A stretch of 64,000 nt of DNA from the IMG/VR virus record IMGVR_UViG_3300029566_000004, one strand, 5' to 3'. The notes under the pieces are model-generated. The model was not told the DNA's origin and did no database searches. It was given only the letters and a program-made list of their open reading frames with translations. Source of the stretch: a virus. Position numbers and translations under genes: made by a program. Shown here one piece after another: positions 22,465 to 32,452 of this stretch (its first letter is position 1; each line of letters begins with the position of its first letter).

Positions 22465-22671
22465 CTAGAACCCAATCACATTATGAACAATTTCACCACT
22501 TTGTTCATCTGTGATTTTTATAATTTCACTTTTTATTTTGGTAATTTTTATCATTATTTGATATTTCCATTTTTCAAAAACCACCTGTATCAATTCAGTG
22601 ATACCTACTAATAAAGGGTATGCTATGGTTGTAAATATAATACCTAAAATAAAATTAATCAAAATAGTCAC
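22465..22671 (-). CDS. hypothetical small membrane protein
   Basis: Hydrophobic N-terminus. The start codon is uncertain (non-ATG in the ORF track). Confidence 0.35.
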   Translation of the reverse strand: MTILINFILGIIFTTIAYPLLVGITELIQVVFEKWKYQIMIKITKIKSEIIKITDEQSGEIVHNVIGF

Positions 22672-22717
22672 CTCTTTTCATAGCCTTCATAAAATTATAG
22701 ACGATAGACTAAATTGA

Positions 22718-23152
22718 TTAATTTGATTTGGCCTTTCTTAATCTGCGAATTGCAGTGTAAAAATGATTCTTTGCTTTTAAATAAGCAGCTAATTCAAGTC
22801 TTTGTTGTGCAACTAATTTTTGAATTTCATGTAAATCATCTTCAATTTGTTTAATTTTACGTAAAAGCATTTTAGATTCATAATTATTTGGATTATGCTT
22901 AGAACTTTGATCTATATTATGTAAAAATTTTTTTAATGTATATAATTCAGGTTTTATAATATAATCACGAATATGTTTATTTAAAGCGATAGTGGCGCGC
23001 ATTTGTGCAATAGTGCATCCAGTTTTCTCACTCATCATATCTCTGTCTTCTTCAGCACATTGTGCAGTTTTAGTTATTGTAATTCCATCAGGAGCGATTA
23101 AAGTACAAGTTGCTATGCCTTTTTCTGCGTCCCAATTAATAAAATCTTTCAT
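22718..23152 (-). CDS. hypothetical protein
   Basis: 144-aa ORF downstream of a promoter cassette. Confidence 0.5.
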   Translation of the reverse strand: MKDFINWDAEKGIATCTLIAPDGITITKTAQCAEEDRDMMSEKTGCTIAQMRATIALNKHIRDYIIKPELYTLKKFLHNIDQSSKHNPNNYESKMLLRKIKQIEDDLHEIQKLVAQQRLELAAYLKAKNHFYTAIRRLRKAKSN

Positions 23153-23185
23153 TAAGAAACCTCCTTTGTTCTCAATACTACTATC

Positions 23186-23214
23186 ATTATACCAAAAAAA
23201 TATTTTTTAAGCAA
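23186..23214 (-). promoter_or_regulatory. promoter cassette (-35 TTGCTT, -10 TATAAT)
   Basis: Same repeat family. Confidence 0.55.
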
Positions 23215-23289
23215 GTTTAGCCTTTTTGGTAAAAAATTTTCCATATGCGATTTTTGGTTCAGTTTCGGTCGAGTTCGAGTATAACAAAA

Positions 23290-23310
23290 AGCCCAGCACT
23301 AAGCTGAGCT
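23290..23310 (-). terminator. intrinsic terminator (one mismatch)
   Basis: AGCTCAGC..GCTGGGCT followed by TTTTT. Confidence 0.55.
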
Positions 23311-23358
23311 TTATTGGAATGAATCAATATGGTAAAAAATAATAAAAATCAATGTTTC

Positions 23359-23910
23359 TTATCCAGAAGTGATACAATTGCGCATTTGTTGTTCCATATC
23401 GGCAATTATTTCATCTAATGATATCGGCTTGCAATCATGTGCATCTACCGATACATTATATACATATGGCAAATCATTATAGAATTTGCGTTTGTCATGT
23501 GTATGGCCCGAAAGATTGAGCGTCATCTGCTTAAGTGATTCACGCTCAAGGTTGCCTGTCATACAAGGGTAATGGGTCATGAAAAAGTGATGTTTATTAT
23601 ACTTGAGCTTAATCGCAAGCGCAACTTCAACCACATTCGGGCAAGTGCGGTAAAGCGCTTCGCGTGTATCAGTATCATGATTACCTAAAACAATATGTAC
23701 TCGGCAAGGAATTTGCAGAAGATATTCCAATCCCTTCTGGTTATCTCCAAGCATTACATCGCCGAGAATATAAAGATCATCATCGGGTTGAAGTTGAAGC
23801 AGATTATGAAGAATAACCCCATTCATTTCTTCTACGTTATTAAAACCACGTGGTTCATATAAAAATGCGCGGTCATGATTAAAATGGAGGTCAGAAGTTA
23901 CATAAATCAT
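23359..23910 (-). CDS. calcineurin-like metallophosphoesterase
   Basis: SDLHFNH..GDV..GNHD..GHTH motif series. Confidence 0.75.
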   Translation of the reverse strand: MIYVTSDLHFNHDRAFLYEPRGFNNVEEMNGVILHNLLQLQPDDDLYILGDVMLGDNQKGLEYLLQIPCRVHIVLGNHDTDTREALYRTCPNVVEVALAIKLKYNKHHFFMTHYPCMTGNLERESLKQMTLNLSGHTHDKRKFYNDLPYVYNVSVDAHDCKPISLDEIIADMEQQMRNCITSG

Positions 23911-23932
23911 TTTTTACCTCTCTTTTCTGCGT

Positions 23933-24487
23933 TTAATACACTTTATTTTCATAAGGCGATTCTAAATATAAAACCTTTACTGATATTTTCGTATCATTTT
24001 CTGGACGTTCAAATGAATTCCACATACGAGTAACAATATCATCTGGTACAATAGCATGGTAAGCGCGCTGATGATTACGCTTTATCGTTTCTTTTAACGA
24101 GGCTCTGATAACAAGCACCGTTACTTCAACATTGGACAAATCCAAACGCTTTAACACTTTTAAACGAGATTTTTCAGTTAAATGAGTTGCATCAGCATAT
24201 ATACGAGTAGGCCCTTTGGCATCATTCAGATAATTCTGAATAGTTTCAATAAATTCATTGAAAACTTCGGTTTCATGAGTAAAATAATGGTCGTCTTTAG
24301 ACTGCATATAGCTAAAGCGAATTTCATCGCGAGATACTACAGCGCAATCAGAACCGATAGCATTTGCTCGCAACCAGGTGCTTTTCCCAGAGCCAGGAGC
24401 GCCGCACATCAAGAAAAGCTGTTTCTTTTCAGGCTCTTTATTAATCTCCACAGGTTTTTTTGATTTCTTAAAAAGATTAAATTCCAT
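23933..24487 (-). CDS. polynucleotide 5'-kinase-like P-loop kinase (T4 Pnkp kinase-domain pattern)
   Basis: CGAPGSGKSTW..SRDEIR..ADATHL..KSR..IKRNHQR..VP..V parallels T4 Pnkp GCPGSGKSTW..NRDDYR..SDTNL..RR..KRNSKR..VP (recalled from memory). Confidence 0.65.
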   Translation of the reverse strand: MEFNLFKKSKKPVEINKEPEKKQLFLMCGAPGSGKSTWLRANAIGSDCAVVSRDEIRFSYMQSKDDHYFTHETEVFNEFIETIQNYLNDAKGPTRIYADATHLTEKSRLKVLKRLDLSNVEVTVLVIRASLKETIKRNHQRAYHAIVPDDIVTRMWNSFERPENDTKISVKVLYLESPYENKVY

Positions 24488-25214
24488 AGATATTTCCTTT
24501 CACACGGTCATAAAACGGTATATGCTCACAAGTGTCTAAATTTAATAGTATCGCTCCACCAGACCAAAAAGAACCATTATCGATATCGATTTTATGGTCA
24601 TCACCATATATAAGCAGAGTAGGCTCATGCGGCACATCCATATGTAACTCATCGACTACAAAAGGAATTGGAGTATGACCATGGACGCATACTTCATCGG
24701 GTCGCTCACCGTTATCTTCTGGCACAATCACCTTATCACGAAAATGATTTCTGTCCCAAATTAAATCTTCACGGATAGGCAAATCTTTACGATATGGAGT
24801 ATATCCCGCATGCGATAAATGCCAAATTGTGTTATTTTTTTCACTAAAATAATCCATATGTATAGGCAGTGTGCGCAAACGATCCAACCATACTTTGCGC
24901 TCTTCTGGGGTCTCTTTTAACCAGCCCCTATATGTATCATAGCCGTCATTCACTATTACTAATTCAAGAGATTCATTGAAAGGATAGCCAGCAAGACACT
25001 CTTCCATGGCATTTATAAGCATATCTTCATGATTGCCCATCAGATAGATAAACTGCGGATTAGTGTATACAGCTTTGATTAATTCCCAGTTCTTATAACC
25101 ACGATCGCCGCAATCGCCTAAACAAATTACTTTATCTTCTGGTTTAATATAATCGAGAATTTGCTCATAAATATCATACATACCGTGTAGATCTGAACAC
25201 ACATACATCGACAT
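24477..25214 (-). CDS. Ser/Thr-phosphatase-family metallophosphatase (lambda PP / ApaH-like)
   Basis: SDLHGMYD..GDCGDRG..GNHE..HAGY..GHT motifs. Confidence 0.75.
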   Translation of the reverse strand: MSMYVCSDLHGMYDIYEQILDYIKPEDKVICLGDCGDRGYKNWELIKAVYTNPQFIYLMGNHEDMLINAMEECLAGYPFNESLELVIVNDGYDTYRGWLKETPEERKVWLDRLRTLPIHMDYFSEKNNTIWHLSHAGYTPYRKDLPIREDLIWDRNHFRDKVIVPEDNGERPDEVCVHGHTPIPFVVDELHMDVPHEPTLLIYGDDHKIDIDNGSFWSGGAILLNLDTCEHIPFYDRVKGNIYGI

Positions 25215-25245
25215 GTTAAATTTCTCCTTTTATTTTTCTATATAT

Positions 25246-25274
25246 ATTATAACAAATTTTTTTATAAAAATCAA
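25246..25274 (-). promoter_or_regulatory. promoter cassette (-35 TTGATT, -10 TATAAT)
   Basis: Coordinates checked base by base. The -35 abuts the terminator hairpin. Confidence 0.7.
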
Positions 25275-25275
25275 A

Positions 25276-25293
25276 GGCGGCTGTTATGCCGCC
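25276..25293 (-). terminator. intrinsic terminator fused to the next promoter's -35
   Basis: GGCGGC-N6-GCCGCC. Confidence 0.7.
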
Positions 25294-25299
25294 TTTTTC

Positions 25300-25473
25300 T
25301 CAATCCTTTTTCTTATTATCTAGCAGAAGTGAAATGTTTAAGCCGCAGCATTTATATTCTGAATTATATAGCATACATTTCTCTTCAAAACATTCTTCGA
25401 CCTTTTCGTTACCAGTAAAGGGATCTGTACGAGAACGCAATGGACAAAGTTTTATTTCTACAAGTCTACCCAT
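25300..25473 (-). CDS. hypothetical Cys-rich small protein
   Basis: MGRLVEIKLCPLRSR..CFEEKC..CCG.. GAGG RBS. Confidence 0.4.
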   Translation of the reverse strand: MGRLVEIKLCPLRSRTDPFTGNEKVEECFEEKCMLYNSEYKCCGLNISLLLDNKKKD

Positions 25474-25480
25474 ATATACC

Positions 25481-26911
25481 TCACATTTCTGATGCGATAT
25501 CTGCATCGGCAACATCAATTGCCTCTTCAGTTATAATACCAGATAAACACTTAAATGTGAAATTCTTGTGTTTATAGGCAGTAAATGAAGGACGATTTAC
25601 AATACGGACCACTACACCTTCGCGCACATGGGTTTTACCTATTGGGTCTGGACCGTCGCAGTAAGTTTCAGCAGCTTCCATTACCCATTCTCCGGGAGTT
25701 TTAGTAACATAATCAATAATTCCTTCACTATTTAGATATAGAATATTGCGGTCATTACTATCTGGAATGCGGAGCTGCTCAAACACAGGAACAGTTTTAC
25801 AACCCATTTGCTCACAACGATAACGCATATAGTCAGGAGTATATTCTACGACATTGCCATCCTCATTAGTCATAGTCATACGATATACATAGAAATCAGA
25901 CTGAGACACAGGCTCTGGGATGCTAAATACACTGATTTCATCACGATAGAATTTTTTGCGCTGACCAGTTGGCTCACAGCCATATGAGAATACAGTAGTA
26001 GGACCATACTGACGCTCAAATTCTTTATCGTTTAACTTTTTATTACTTACTGATCCCATAATAGGCGCACCAGAAGTAGTAAAACCAACAACTTCGTAGA
26101 ATACTTCTTCACCCTTATGAAGTTTGCCTTCGAAGAACTTTGCGTGTGGCTCACGGAATTCATTAGAGCCATAGAAACCGCCATCGAAATTGTCAAGTAC
26201 AGTACGACGAGTACCAGTTACATAACCCCAATCATAAATTGGCTTGCCGGGACGACGGAATAGTTTGTCCCAAAAAGTGCGCTTCATACCCTTAAACACT
26301 GGCAGATAACCGGTGCGCTGAGAGGTGCCATGCAATTTGAGTGTAATCTCAATCTCGTCACCAGGCTTAAAAGCGTTAAGATTATACGCAAGTTGTTCAG
26401 TATCGGCGTGCTCGTTAAATAAAGGCGCAATAGGTATATTCTTAGGCTTATTCTTACGAGTGCGGTTTGGGCTATTAAATTCATTATGAGCCTTTACCTT
26501 AGGAATATATTTATCACAAATCCCGTGGCCATTAAGCTCATGGATAACAGCGCCTTCAGTTAAGAGAGACATATCTACACCAGTATATGCTACTGAGTCA
26601 AGAGCCATAAAGATACCATCAGAAGGTTCTCCGCGCAAACGAATAGTCTTGATGTTGCGCTTATCAGGCTCAAGATATCCACCAACATTTTTACCAGTTT
26701 CATCCTTGCGACGTACAAGATTATTCTGTGCGCAAAACTCTTCGCTTAACTGAAGCCCAGATGGGAAATAAATACCCATATCACCAAGTTTTACATCCAG
26801 ACCAACGCAAGTTTCACAGTCAAAGAACTTAGCGATTTGTAACTTATTGGCGTTCATATGTGGACGCAACTCTTTTACTTTCACTACATAACCACAGTGA
26901 GTAATACTCAT
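25481..26911 (-). CDS. ATP-dependent RNA ligase (DraRnl/NgrRnl-like: N-terminal OB-like domain + nucleotidyltransferase)
   Basis: Candidate motif I ..ITLKLHGTS.. (KxHG, as I recall for DraRnl KIHG). N-terminus ..GYVVKVKELRPHMNANKLQIAKF... AGGAG RBS. ATGA overlap with the upstream exonuclease gene. Confidence 0.6.
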   Translation of the reverse strand: MSITHCGYVVKVKELRPHMNANKLQIAKFFDCETCVGLDVKLGDMGIYFPSGLQLSEEFCAQNNLVRRKDETGKNVGGYLEPDKRNIKTIRLRGEPSDGIFMALDSVAYTGVDMSLLTEGAVIHELNGHGICDKYIPKVKAHNEFNSPNRTRKNKPKNIPIAPLFNEHADTEQLAYNLNAFKPGDEIEITLKLHGTSQRTGYLPVFKGMKRTFWDKLFRRPGKPIYDWGYVTGTRRTVLDNFDGGFYGSNEFREPHAKFFEGKLHKGEEVFYEVVGFTTSGAPIMGSVSNKKLNDKEFERQYGPTTVFSYGCEPTGQRKKFYRDEISVFSIPEPVSQSDFYVYRMTMTNEDGNVVEYTPDYMRYRCEQMGCKTVPVFEQLRIPDSNDRNILYLNSEGIIDYVTKTPGEWVMEAAETYCDGPDPIGKTHVREGVVVRIVNRPSFTAYKHKNFTFKCLSGIITEEAIDVADADIASEM

Positions 26912-27783
26912 TTTATATCTCCTTTCTGAACAACAGTCCAATTTAAATTTTGATAAGTCAATTTATTCATATCTGACCAAATAATTTTTTTTGCAAGTGC
27001 TTTGTTGTCACGCTTATACTTAGGCATTGTTTTACGAATATGATTACACAGCCAATCACAAGCCTCTGTAAAAGTATTAAAACTATGTTTAAGTGCTTTA
27101 GTATCAGCATCATAAGCATATATGCATTCAGTATTATTGATAATTGCTTTGCGTGCTTTAGGATCAAGGCCCAAACGTGTAACTGCGGGCTTTGTTCCTT
27201 TCGCTACGAGTGCAGATTTATTTATTTCTGTTTTAGGCTCATAGTCCGGGAAAGGATGACCTTTTACCGTACCTCCTTGGTTCACCTCATCAAAAACAAT
27301 TTTGAGAAATTCGGCATCTTCAAGAGCATTATGCGTCTGAACGAATTCCTCTTTTTTATAATAATTTACAACTTTAATAAGAGCAATTTCTTTAATTAAT
27401 CCAAAATGATTTTTAACAGTAGGAGCATAATTCACAAGGTTAGCCGCAATCAAAGAAAGTGACATTTGTGCGGTTATGCTAGTAGCTTTTTTAATTGCTT
27501 TACGCACAAATGTTAAATCTGTATTGCCATAACAGAAAAAGCGGCAAGGTGTGCCATCATTATGTTCTAATACCCAATAGAAAAAATGAGTAAATACATC
27601 ATCTAAACTGGGCGCCGCTTTATTCATTCCATCAGTAATACCAGTTAAATTAGTAATAAAAGAAGTAATTTTCTTATCGGTATAAACCATACTGGAAAAT
27701 TTTGCATCTGTCTCACTAACGCAACCAATTGAAATAATTTCATTGGAAAATTGTGTTGCTTCAAAGTCAATAAAATAATTCAT
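26908..27783 (-). CDS. DEDDh 3'-5' exonuclease-domain protein
   Basis: Exo I ..FIDFEAT.. and Exo III ..HNALEDAEFL... Confidence 0.7.
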   Translation of the reverse strand: MNYFIDFEATQFSNEIISIGCVSETDAKFSSMVYTDKKITSFITNLTGITDGMNKAAPSLDDVFTHFFYWVLEHNDGTPCRFFCYGNTDLTFVRKAIKKATSITAQMSLSLIAANLVNYAPTVKNHFGLIKEIALIKVVNYYKKEEFVQTHNALEDAEFLKIVFDEVNQGGTVKGHPFPDYEPKTEINKSALVAKGTKPAVTRLGLDPKARKAIINNTECIYAYDADTKALKHSFNTFTEACDWLCNHIRKTMPKYKRDNKALAKKIIWSDMNKLTYQNLNWTVVQKGDIK

Positions 27784-27784
27784 T

Positions 27785-28627
27785 TTATACCTCTAAGAAA
27801 CTTTTAAGTTTATTACTTCTTATAGGATTACGCAGTTTAGTCAATGCTCGCTCTTCAATCCGACGAATCCATTCTCGACTATAACCAAGTATTGTACCCA
27901 CTTCTTCAAGCGATCTTTGAGAATGCCCATCTATGCCAAAACGCAATTTAATTACTTCACGCTCTTTTTCAGGAAGGGTATCTAAAACGGTTGAAACCAT
28001 GGTCTTTAATTCAATAGAATAAATAGCATCAATAGGATCAACAGAATTTTCATCTGCAATTAAATCTCCAATGGTTGTTTCATCTTCATCAGTAAGAATA
28101 GTATTAGTTGAAATAGGTTCTATAAAAAACGAAGTAATTTCTTCTACTTCTTTTGAAGTCAATCCCATTGCTTTTGCAATTTGATGCTTGGTTGGCTCAT
28201 GACCAAGAGCTTGACGCAATGCTTCTGTGGTTTTACGAATTTTATTATAAGTCTCTTGAACATTAGCGGGAATGCGTGCAGTGCGATTCTGATTAACAAT
28301 TTCACGTCTAATCGCTTGTTTAATCCAATAAGTAGCATAAGTTGAAAATTTATTCGTAGAAGTCAAATCAAATTTTTCAATTGCTGGAATAAGTCCTATA
28401 CTACCGATAGAAATAAGATCATCATTATCAAGCCCAGAGCATGTATAACGTCCAGCAATAGATTTAACAAGACGCATATTATGCATCATCAATTCATTAC
28501 GTGCTTCAATGTCGCCAGTTTGAGCGCGCTTAAGTAATTCGCGTTCCTCTTCAAATGTTAACAAGTCATAACTGTTCAGTTTAGCACGATAAGCATGTGA
28601 ACTATTGATGTCATTAATTGTACTCAT
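27785..28627 (-). CDS. sigma-70 family RNA polymerase sigma factor
   Basis: Region 2 ..FSTYATYWIKQAIRR.., region 3, and region 4 ..EREVIKLRFGIDG..SLEEVG..SREWIRRIEERALTKLR. Confidence 0.9.
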   Translation of the reverse strand: MSTINDINSSHAYRAKLNSYDLLTFEEERELLKRAQTGDIEARNELMMHNMRLVKSIAGRYTCSGLDNDDLISIGSIGLIPAIEKFDLTSTNKFSTYATYWIKQAIRREIVNQNRTARIPANVQETYNKIRKTTEALRQALGHEPTKHQIAKAMGLTSKEVEEITSFFIEPISTNTILTDEDETTIGDLIADENSVDPIDAIYSIELKTMVSTVLDTLPEKEREVIKLRFGIDGHSQRSLEEVGTILGYSREWIRRIEERALTKLRNPIRSNKLKSFLEV

Positions 28628-28674
28628 TGACTTCCCCCTTATTTATCTTTATCTTTCTTTGATTTTCTATATAT

Positions 28675-28703
28675 ATTTTATCATATTTTTTTTTAAAAAT
28701 CAA
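28675..28703 (-). promoter_or_regulatory. promoter cassette (-35 TTGATT, -10 TAAAAT) upstream of the sigma-factor gene
   Basis: Same repeat family. Confidence 0.6.
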
Positions 28704-28721
28704 AAAAGGTATATACACTAG

Positions 28722-28764
<43 letters not shown>

Positions 28765-28775
28765 TCGTATAGTTG

Positions 28776-29613
28776 TCATGTACAGAGCATACATGGAGCA
28801 AGATTACGCCCAGTATTTAATATCTGCGTTTTATTATATTCACGCCAACGTTTAGCAATATTTTCAATATTTTCTATATCATAATAGAAATACTCAAAAT
28901 GCAGATCTTCAATACGATCAATGTGATAATGACCCATAAGCCAAGCATATCTAATTTTGATTTTATGGCGTAATTCCTCGAGCCATTTTTCCATAGTAGT
29001 ATCAACTTCACTTTGTTCAATAAAGCTAAGGAATTTATCGAAGGGGCGCATAGTAAAAGGTGCAGTATGAGACATTACAAAATCAAATTCTGGAGAAGTT
29101 TCAAATAGCAGCTCTGCGTCTTTCATCTCTTCTGGAGTTAATTGCTCATCAGAGAACCAACCACTTATTTTTGGATCATTATTTCCCTCGCACAAGCCAG
29201 CTCTTGCGAGACGATACCATTTATCTACAGAATAAGCACCACCAATTATTGCAACACGATAGCCGCCAATCATATATATGCCATAGTCAAGAAAATATCG
29301 AATGCGAGGATATTTTGGCTCCATATAAATCCAATTTTGGACATTCTCGTCATAGATTTTTTGCATCCCATTAATGGATTGCGGTCTTGCTTCATGATTG
29401 CCACGTAGACAGTAATAATAACATTGCGTAGTATTTATAATAATTTCCTTGGTATCTACATCGCGTTTGTTGAGATAATAATTGAATCCTACATCACCCA
29501 ATATGATTACTGCGGCCTCGTCGTCGAACACGCATGGCACACTTTGCATTGCATAAAGGCTACCATGAACATCGCTAACCCATAACAAACCATTTTTTTA
29601 GTTTGTTACTCAT
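28776..29613 (-). CDS. metallophosphatase; apparent frameshift in an A7 run near the 5' end
   Basis: ..VSDVHG..LGDV..RGNHE... A good ATG/RBS at 29613 is one frame off the body. The frames meet at the run of seven A (T on plus, 29593-29599). Confidence 0.6.
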
Positions 29614-29646
29614 ATTATATCACCTTCTTTACTATTTTCTATATAT

Positions 29647-29675
29647 ATTATAACAAAAAATTATAAAAAAATCAA
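29647..29675 (-). promoter_or_regulatory. promoter cassette (-35 TTGATT, -10 TATAAT) at the divergent early/late junction
   Basis: Same repeat family. Confidence 0.65.
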
Positions 29676-29754
29676 ATTATTGCTTTGGACAAACACAGTT
29701 AAATCTTATAGGTATTTTTTCAAAGTAAATGACCGTATGAAGGAGGTGCTAGAT

Positions 29755-29934
29755 ATGATTACATTAATGTCAACTAATGGTCAGGTTCAATATGACCATG
29801 ACGAATGGGTTGTTGACAAAGAAGAAGACTTAAAATTATTGCCGAGGAAAAGCGGTATGGGAAGTGTCGCTATTGTCATATCTACCGGAAAAGTGTATAT
29901 GAAGGATAGCTCCGGCGAATGGAAGGTAATCTAA
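29755..29934 (+). CDS. hypothetical small late protein
   Basis: AAGGAGG RBS plus ATG 29755. First gene of the plus-strand module. Confidence 0.5.
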   Translation: MITLMSTNGQVQYDHDEWVVDKEEDLKLLPRKSGMGSVAIVISTGKVYMKDSSGEWKVI

Positions 29935-29935
29935 T

Positions 29936-30184
29936 ATGGATTTAATAACATATGCTTTATTAAAGCGATAGATAGCTGAAAGCGGAGTTGATATTGAAAC
30001 TATCATTCCCCATATAGGTGAAAATGGGAATTGGTACATCGGTGATAAAGACACAGGCGTTTCTGCGTTGCCCCCAGACGTAACTAACGTAGACATAGCT
30101 GACATCCAATAGGAAAAAGATGTTACTTTATATATTTTTGGTGGGTCTGCCTCCCAAGTTTTACCAAAGGAGGAAAATGAATAA
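29936..30184 (+). CDS. hypothetical tail-fibre-associated protein, two in-frame TAGs (29969, ~30107)
   Basis: MDLITYALLKR-TAG-IAESGVD...DIQ-TAG-EKDVTLYIFGG... Ends at TAA 30182-30184. Frame verified. Confidence 0.5.
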
Positions 30185-30708
30185 TGTCCAAAGTATTAAA
30201 AGCGGTCGTTTAGCTGCGACGTGATAATGAATTTAATTTTGAACCTATTGCGAATTCATTCGTTCCCGCCAATGGCGAAGTAGTTCTAATAGATACACGT
30301 CGAGATGGTTTGCGTGCAAAAGTAGGAGATGGTAAAACTCCCTTGGCCAATCTTATTTGGACTGATGCACGTTATCGCGATACCGTTGTGACGGGGTATT
30401 ATGATGAATCTGAAGATGTTTTTTATGAAACAGATGCCAAAGAAGTAACTTTATCTGCCTATACCAATCGTCTTTATATTGACAGATGGCGCAATAAAGT
30501 TTATTATTTTAATGGATTAACTTACGTATTAGTGGATGGGACTTGTCCCCCCGCATCCGCTACAATACCTGGCATAGTTAAATTATATTCTACTACTGGC
30601 CAGAACACAGATGGCACAATGACTCAGAAAGCAATTACTGATGCATTAGACACAAAGTCTAAAGCTTCTGTAGATTTGCAAGATGAGCTTTTAGTTTTTT
30701 CAATTTAA
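30184..30708 (+). CDS. tail-fibre protein with Mtd_N/HylP-type N-terminal motif, one in-frame TAG (30211)
   Basis: MSKVLKAVV-TAG-LRRDNEFNFEPIANSFVPANGEVVLIDTRRDGLRAKVGDGKTPLANL resembles the recurrent (I/V)Q(L/F)(R/K)R..W....L..GE...DT...K.GDG motif. Confidence 0.65.
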
Positions 30709-30723
30709 GGAGGAAAAATTTAT

Positions 30724-32019
30724 ATGACATATACTTATGCAAATGCTCCCGTTCTTTCTAAAATTAAAATCGGTGATAATTATTATTATATGAAAGATGC
30801 CGATGTACGGGCAATACTTGATACGTTTAATAATGCGATCGTAACTGGTACTATTGCCGCAAACGCAAGCGATGGTAATACTACAGATTTAGTTACTTTA
30901 GGTGTTGTTAAAGATTATGTTAACGCACAAGTTGGTACTATTAATAAGTTTGACGTCGAAGTTGCAAATCCTGATAAAATTTTAACTACTCCTACCGCTG
31001 ATGATATGTATATTCTTTATTTAGTTCCATCAGAGAATGCTGCTGCTGGTAGTTATGTTGAATATATTGTATTACGTTCCGGTACTGAAGGCAATTATAC
31101 TTATGCTTGGGAGCAGATTGGCAATACAACTATTGACTTAACAGGTTATCTCTCTACTGATGCAACTGTTGCTGGCGTTAAATTCACTAATGGTAATGTT
31201 TCAGCCACAGCCTTAAAAACTGCATTAGACCTTGATAGCCTTGGCGCTTTTGCAAAAGCGGATACTGGTACTGCTACTGTTGTAAATGGTGTTGAGGATC
31301 ATTCGTATCAACCTGCTGGTAATGTATCAGTAGTTCCTGGTTCTACTACTGCAACTGTTACATCTACTGGTACATATACTCCTGCTGGTAATATAACGGG
31401 TAGTGTTGTAGCTAGTGGTAATGTTTCAGCTGCTAAGAATAATGAAAGTGGCGCATTCCAGCTTAGTGGCTCTGTCGCTGCTCCAACAATTAGTGTTGTT
31501 CTTTCAAACGATAATTTTGTTAAGACTGCTGATGCTGGTTCATTACCTTCTTTCACAGAGGGTGCTTTTACAGCTGCAACATTAACTTACTCTAATAGTA
31601 ATTTTGCTACTAATGGTTCTATTGCTTCAATTGGTAGTGGTGAAGATGCTGAAACCTTAATCTTCACTGCGGCAAGCACCGGTTCTGCAAGTAATATTAC
31701 CGCATTTAATGGTGGTTCTAAGGCTGCTGACACTTTTAGCGCAGGCGCGCTTCCCACTTTCACAACAGGCAGTGCTGCGATTGGTGTTACTAGTGCTACC
31801 GCAACCGCTCCATCCTTTACCGGAGATAAATTTGACTTTACGTTTATTGGCACAGCTGCTACTGTTTCTGCCAACTTTGAAGGCACAGCAGCTACTATTA
31901 ACGTAAGTGGTAATTATGACAAGACTACGATTGAAAGTGCGTCCTTTACTGGTACCACTGCAACTCTGTCTCATAATGTCACTACTGGTACAGTTACTGT
32001 TACTCCAGCTACAAAATAA
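30724..32019 (+). CDS. tail-fibre-like Ala/Thr/Gly/Ser-rich protein
   Basis: 431-aa ORF, low complexity with repetitive ..TGTYTPAGN.. segments. Confidence 0.6.
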   Translation: MTYTYANAPVLSKIKIGDNYYYMKDADVRAILDTFNNAIVTGTIAANASDGNTTDLVTLGVVKDYVNAQVGTINKFDVEVANPDKILTTPTADDMYILYLVPSENAAAGSYVEYIVLRSGTEGNYTYAWEQIGNTTIDLTGYLSTDATVAGVKFTNGNVSATALKTALDLDSLGAFAKADTGTATVVNGVEDHSYQPAGNVSVVPGSTTATVTSTGTYTPAGNITGSVVASGNVSAAKNNESGAFQLSGSVAAPTISVVLSNDNFVKTADAGSLPSFTEGAFTAATLTYSNSNFATNGSIASIGSGEDAETLIFTAASTGSASNITAFNGGSKAADTFSAGALPTFTTGSAAIGVTSATATAPSFTGDKFDFTFIGTAATVSANFEGTAATINVSGNYDKTTIESASFTGTTATLSHNVTTGTVTVTPATK

Positions 32020-32084
32020 CTAATAATAAGGATAAATTAAGTAGGGGTTGAACTTCCCCTACTTAATTTTAAAAGGAGATAAAT

Positions 32085-32426
32085 ATGGCAGATACTTTAC
32101 GCATTAAAAAAATAAAATTAAACGATGGATCTGTCTATGCGATCTTCGATGAAGGTTCATTACGTTTAAATGACAATAATGTTTTAATTACGGGTAATAA
32201 CATAGTTGACAATATGATTATTAAGGGGTCTTTACAAATTACTGAAATTGATGATATTCCTGTTAATAAATCGCTCGAATATGTTTTAACCTGGGATGCC
32301 TCAATTGGGGCATTTTATAAATGTACCTTAGCAGATTTATTTAGTAATGATATTTATGAATTATCTGTGGATAATAATAACATTCTTACATTAAATAATT
32401 TATATGCTAATACAACTATTCAATAA
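32085..32426 (+). CDS. hypothetical late protein
   Basis: 113-aa ORF with a GGAG RBS. Confidence 0.5.
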   Translation: MADTLRIKKIKLNDGSVYAIFDEGSLRLNDNNVLITGNNIVDNMIIKGSLQITEIDDIPVNKSLEYVLTWDASIGAFYKCTLADLFSNDIYELSVDNNNILTLNNLYANTTIQ

Positions 32427-32452
32427 ATTTACAAAGAAAAGAGGACAAATTT

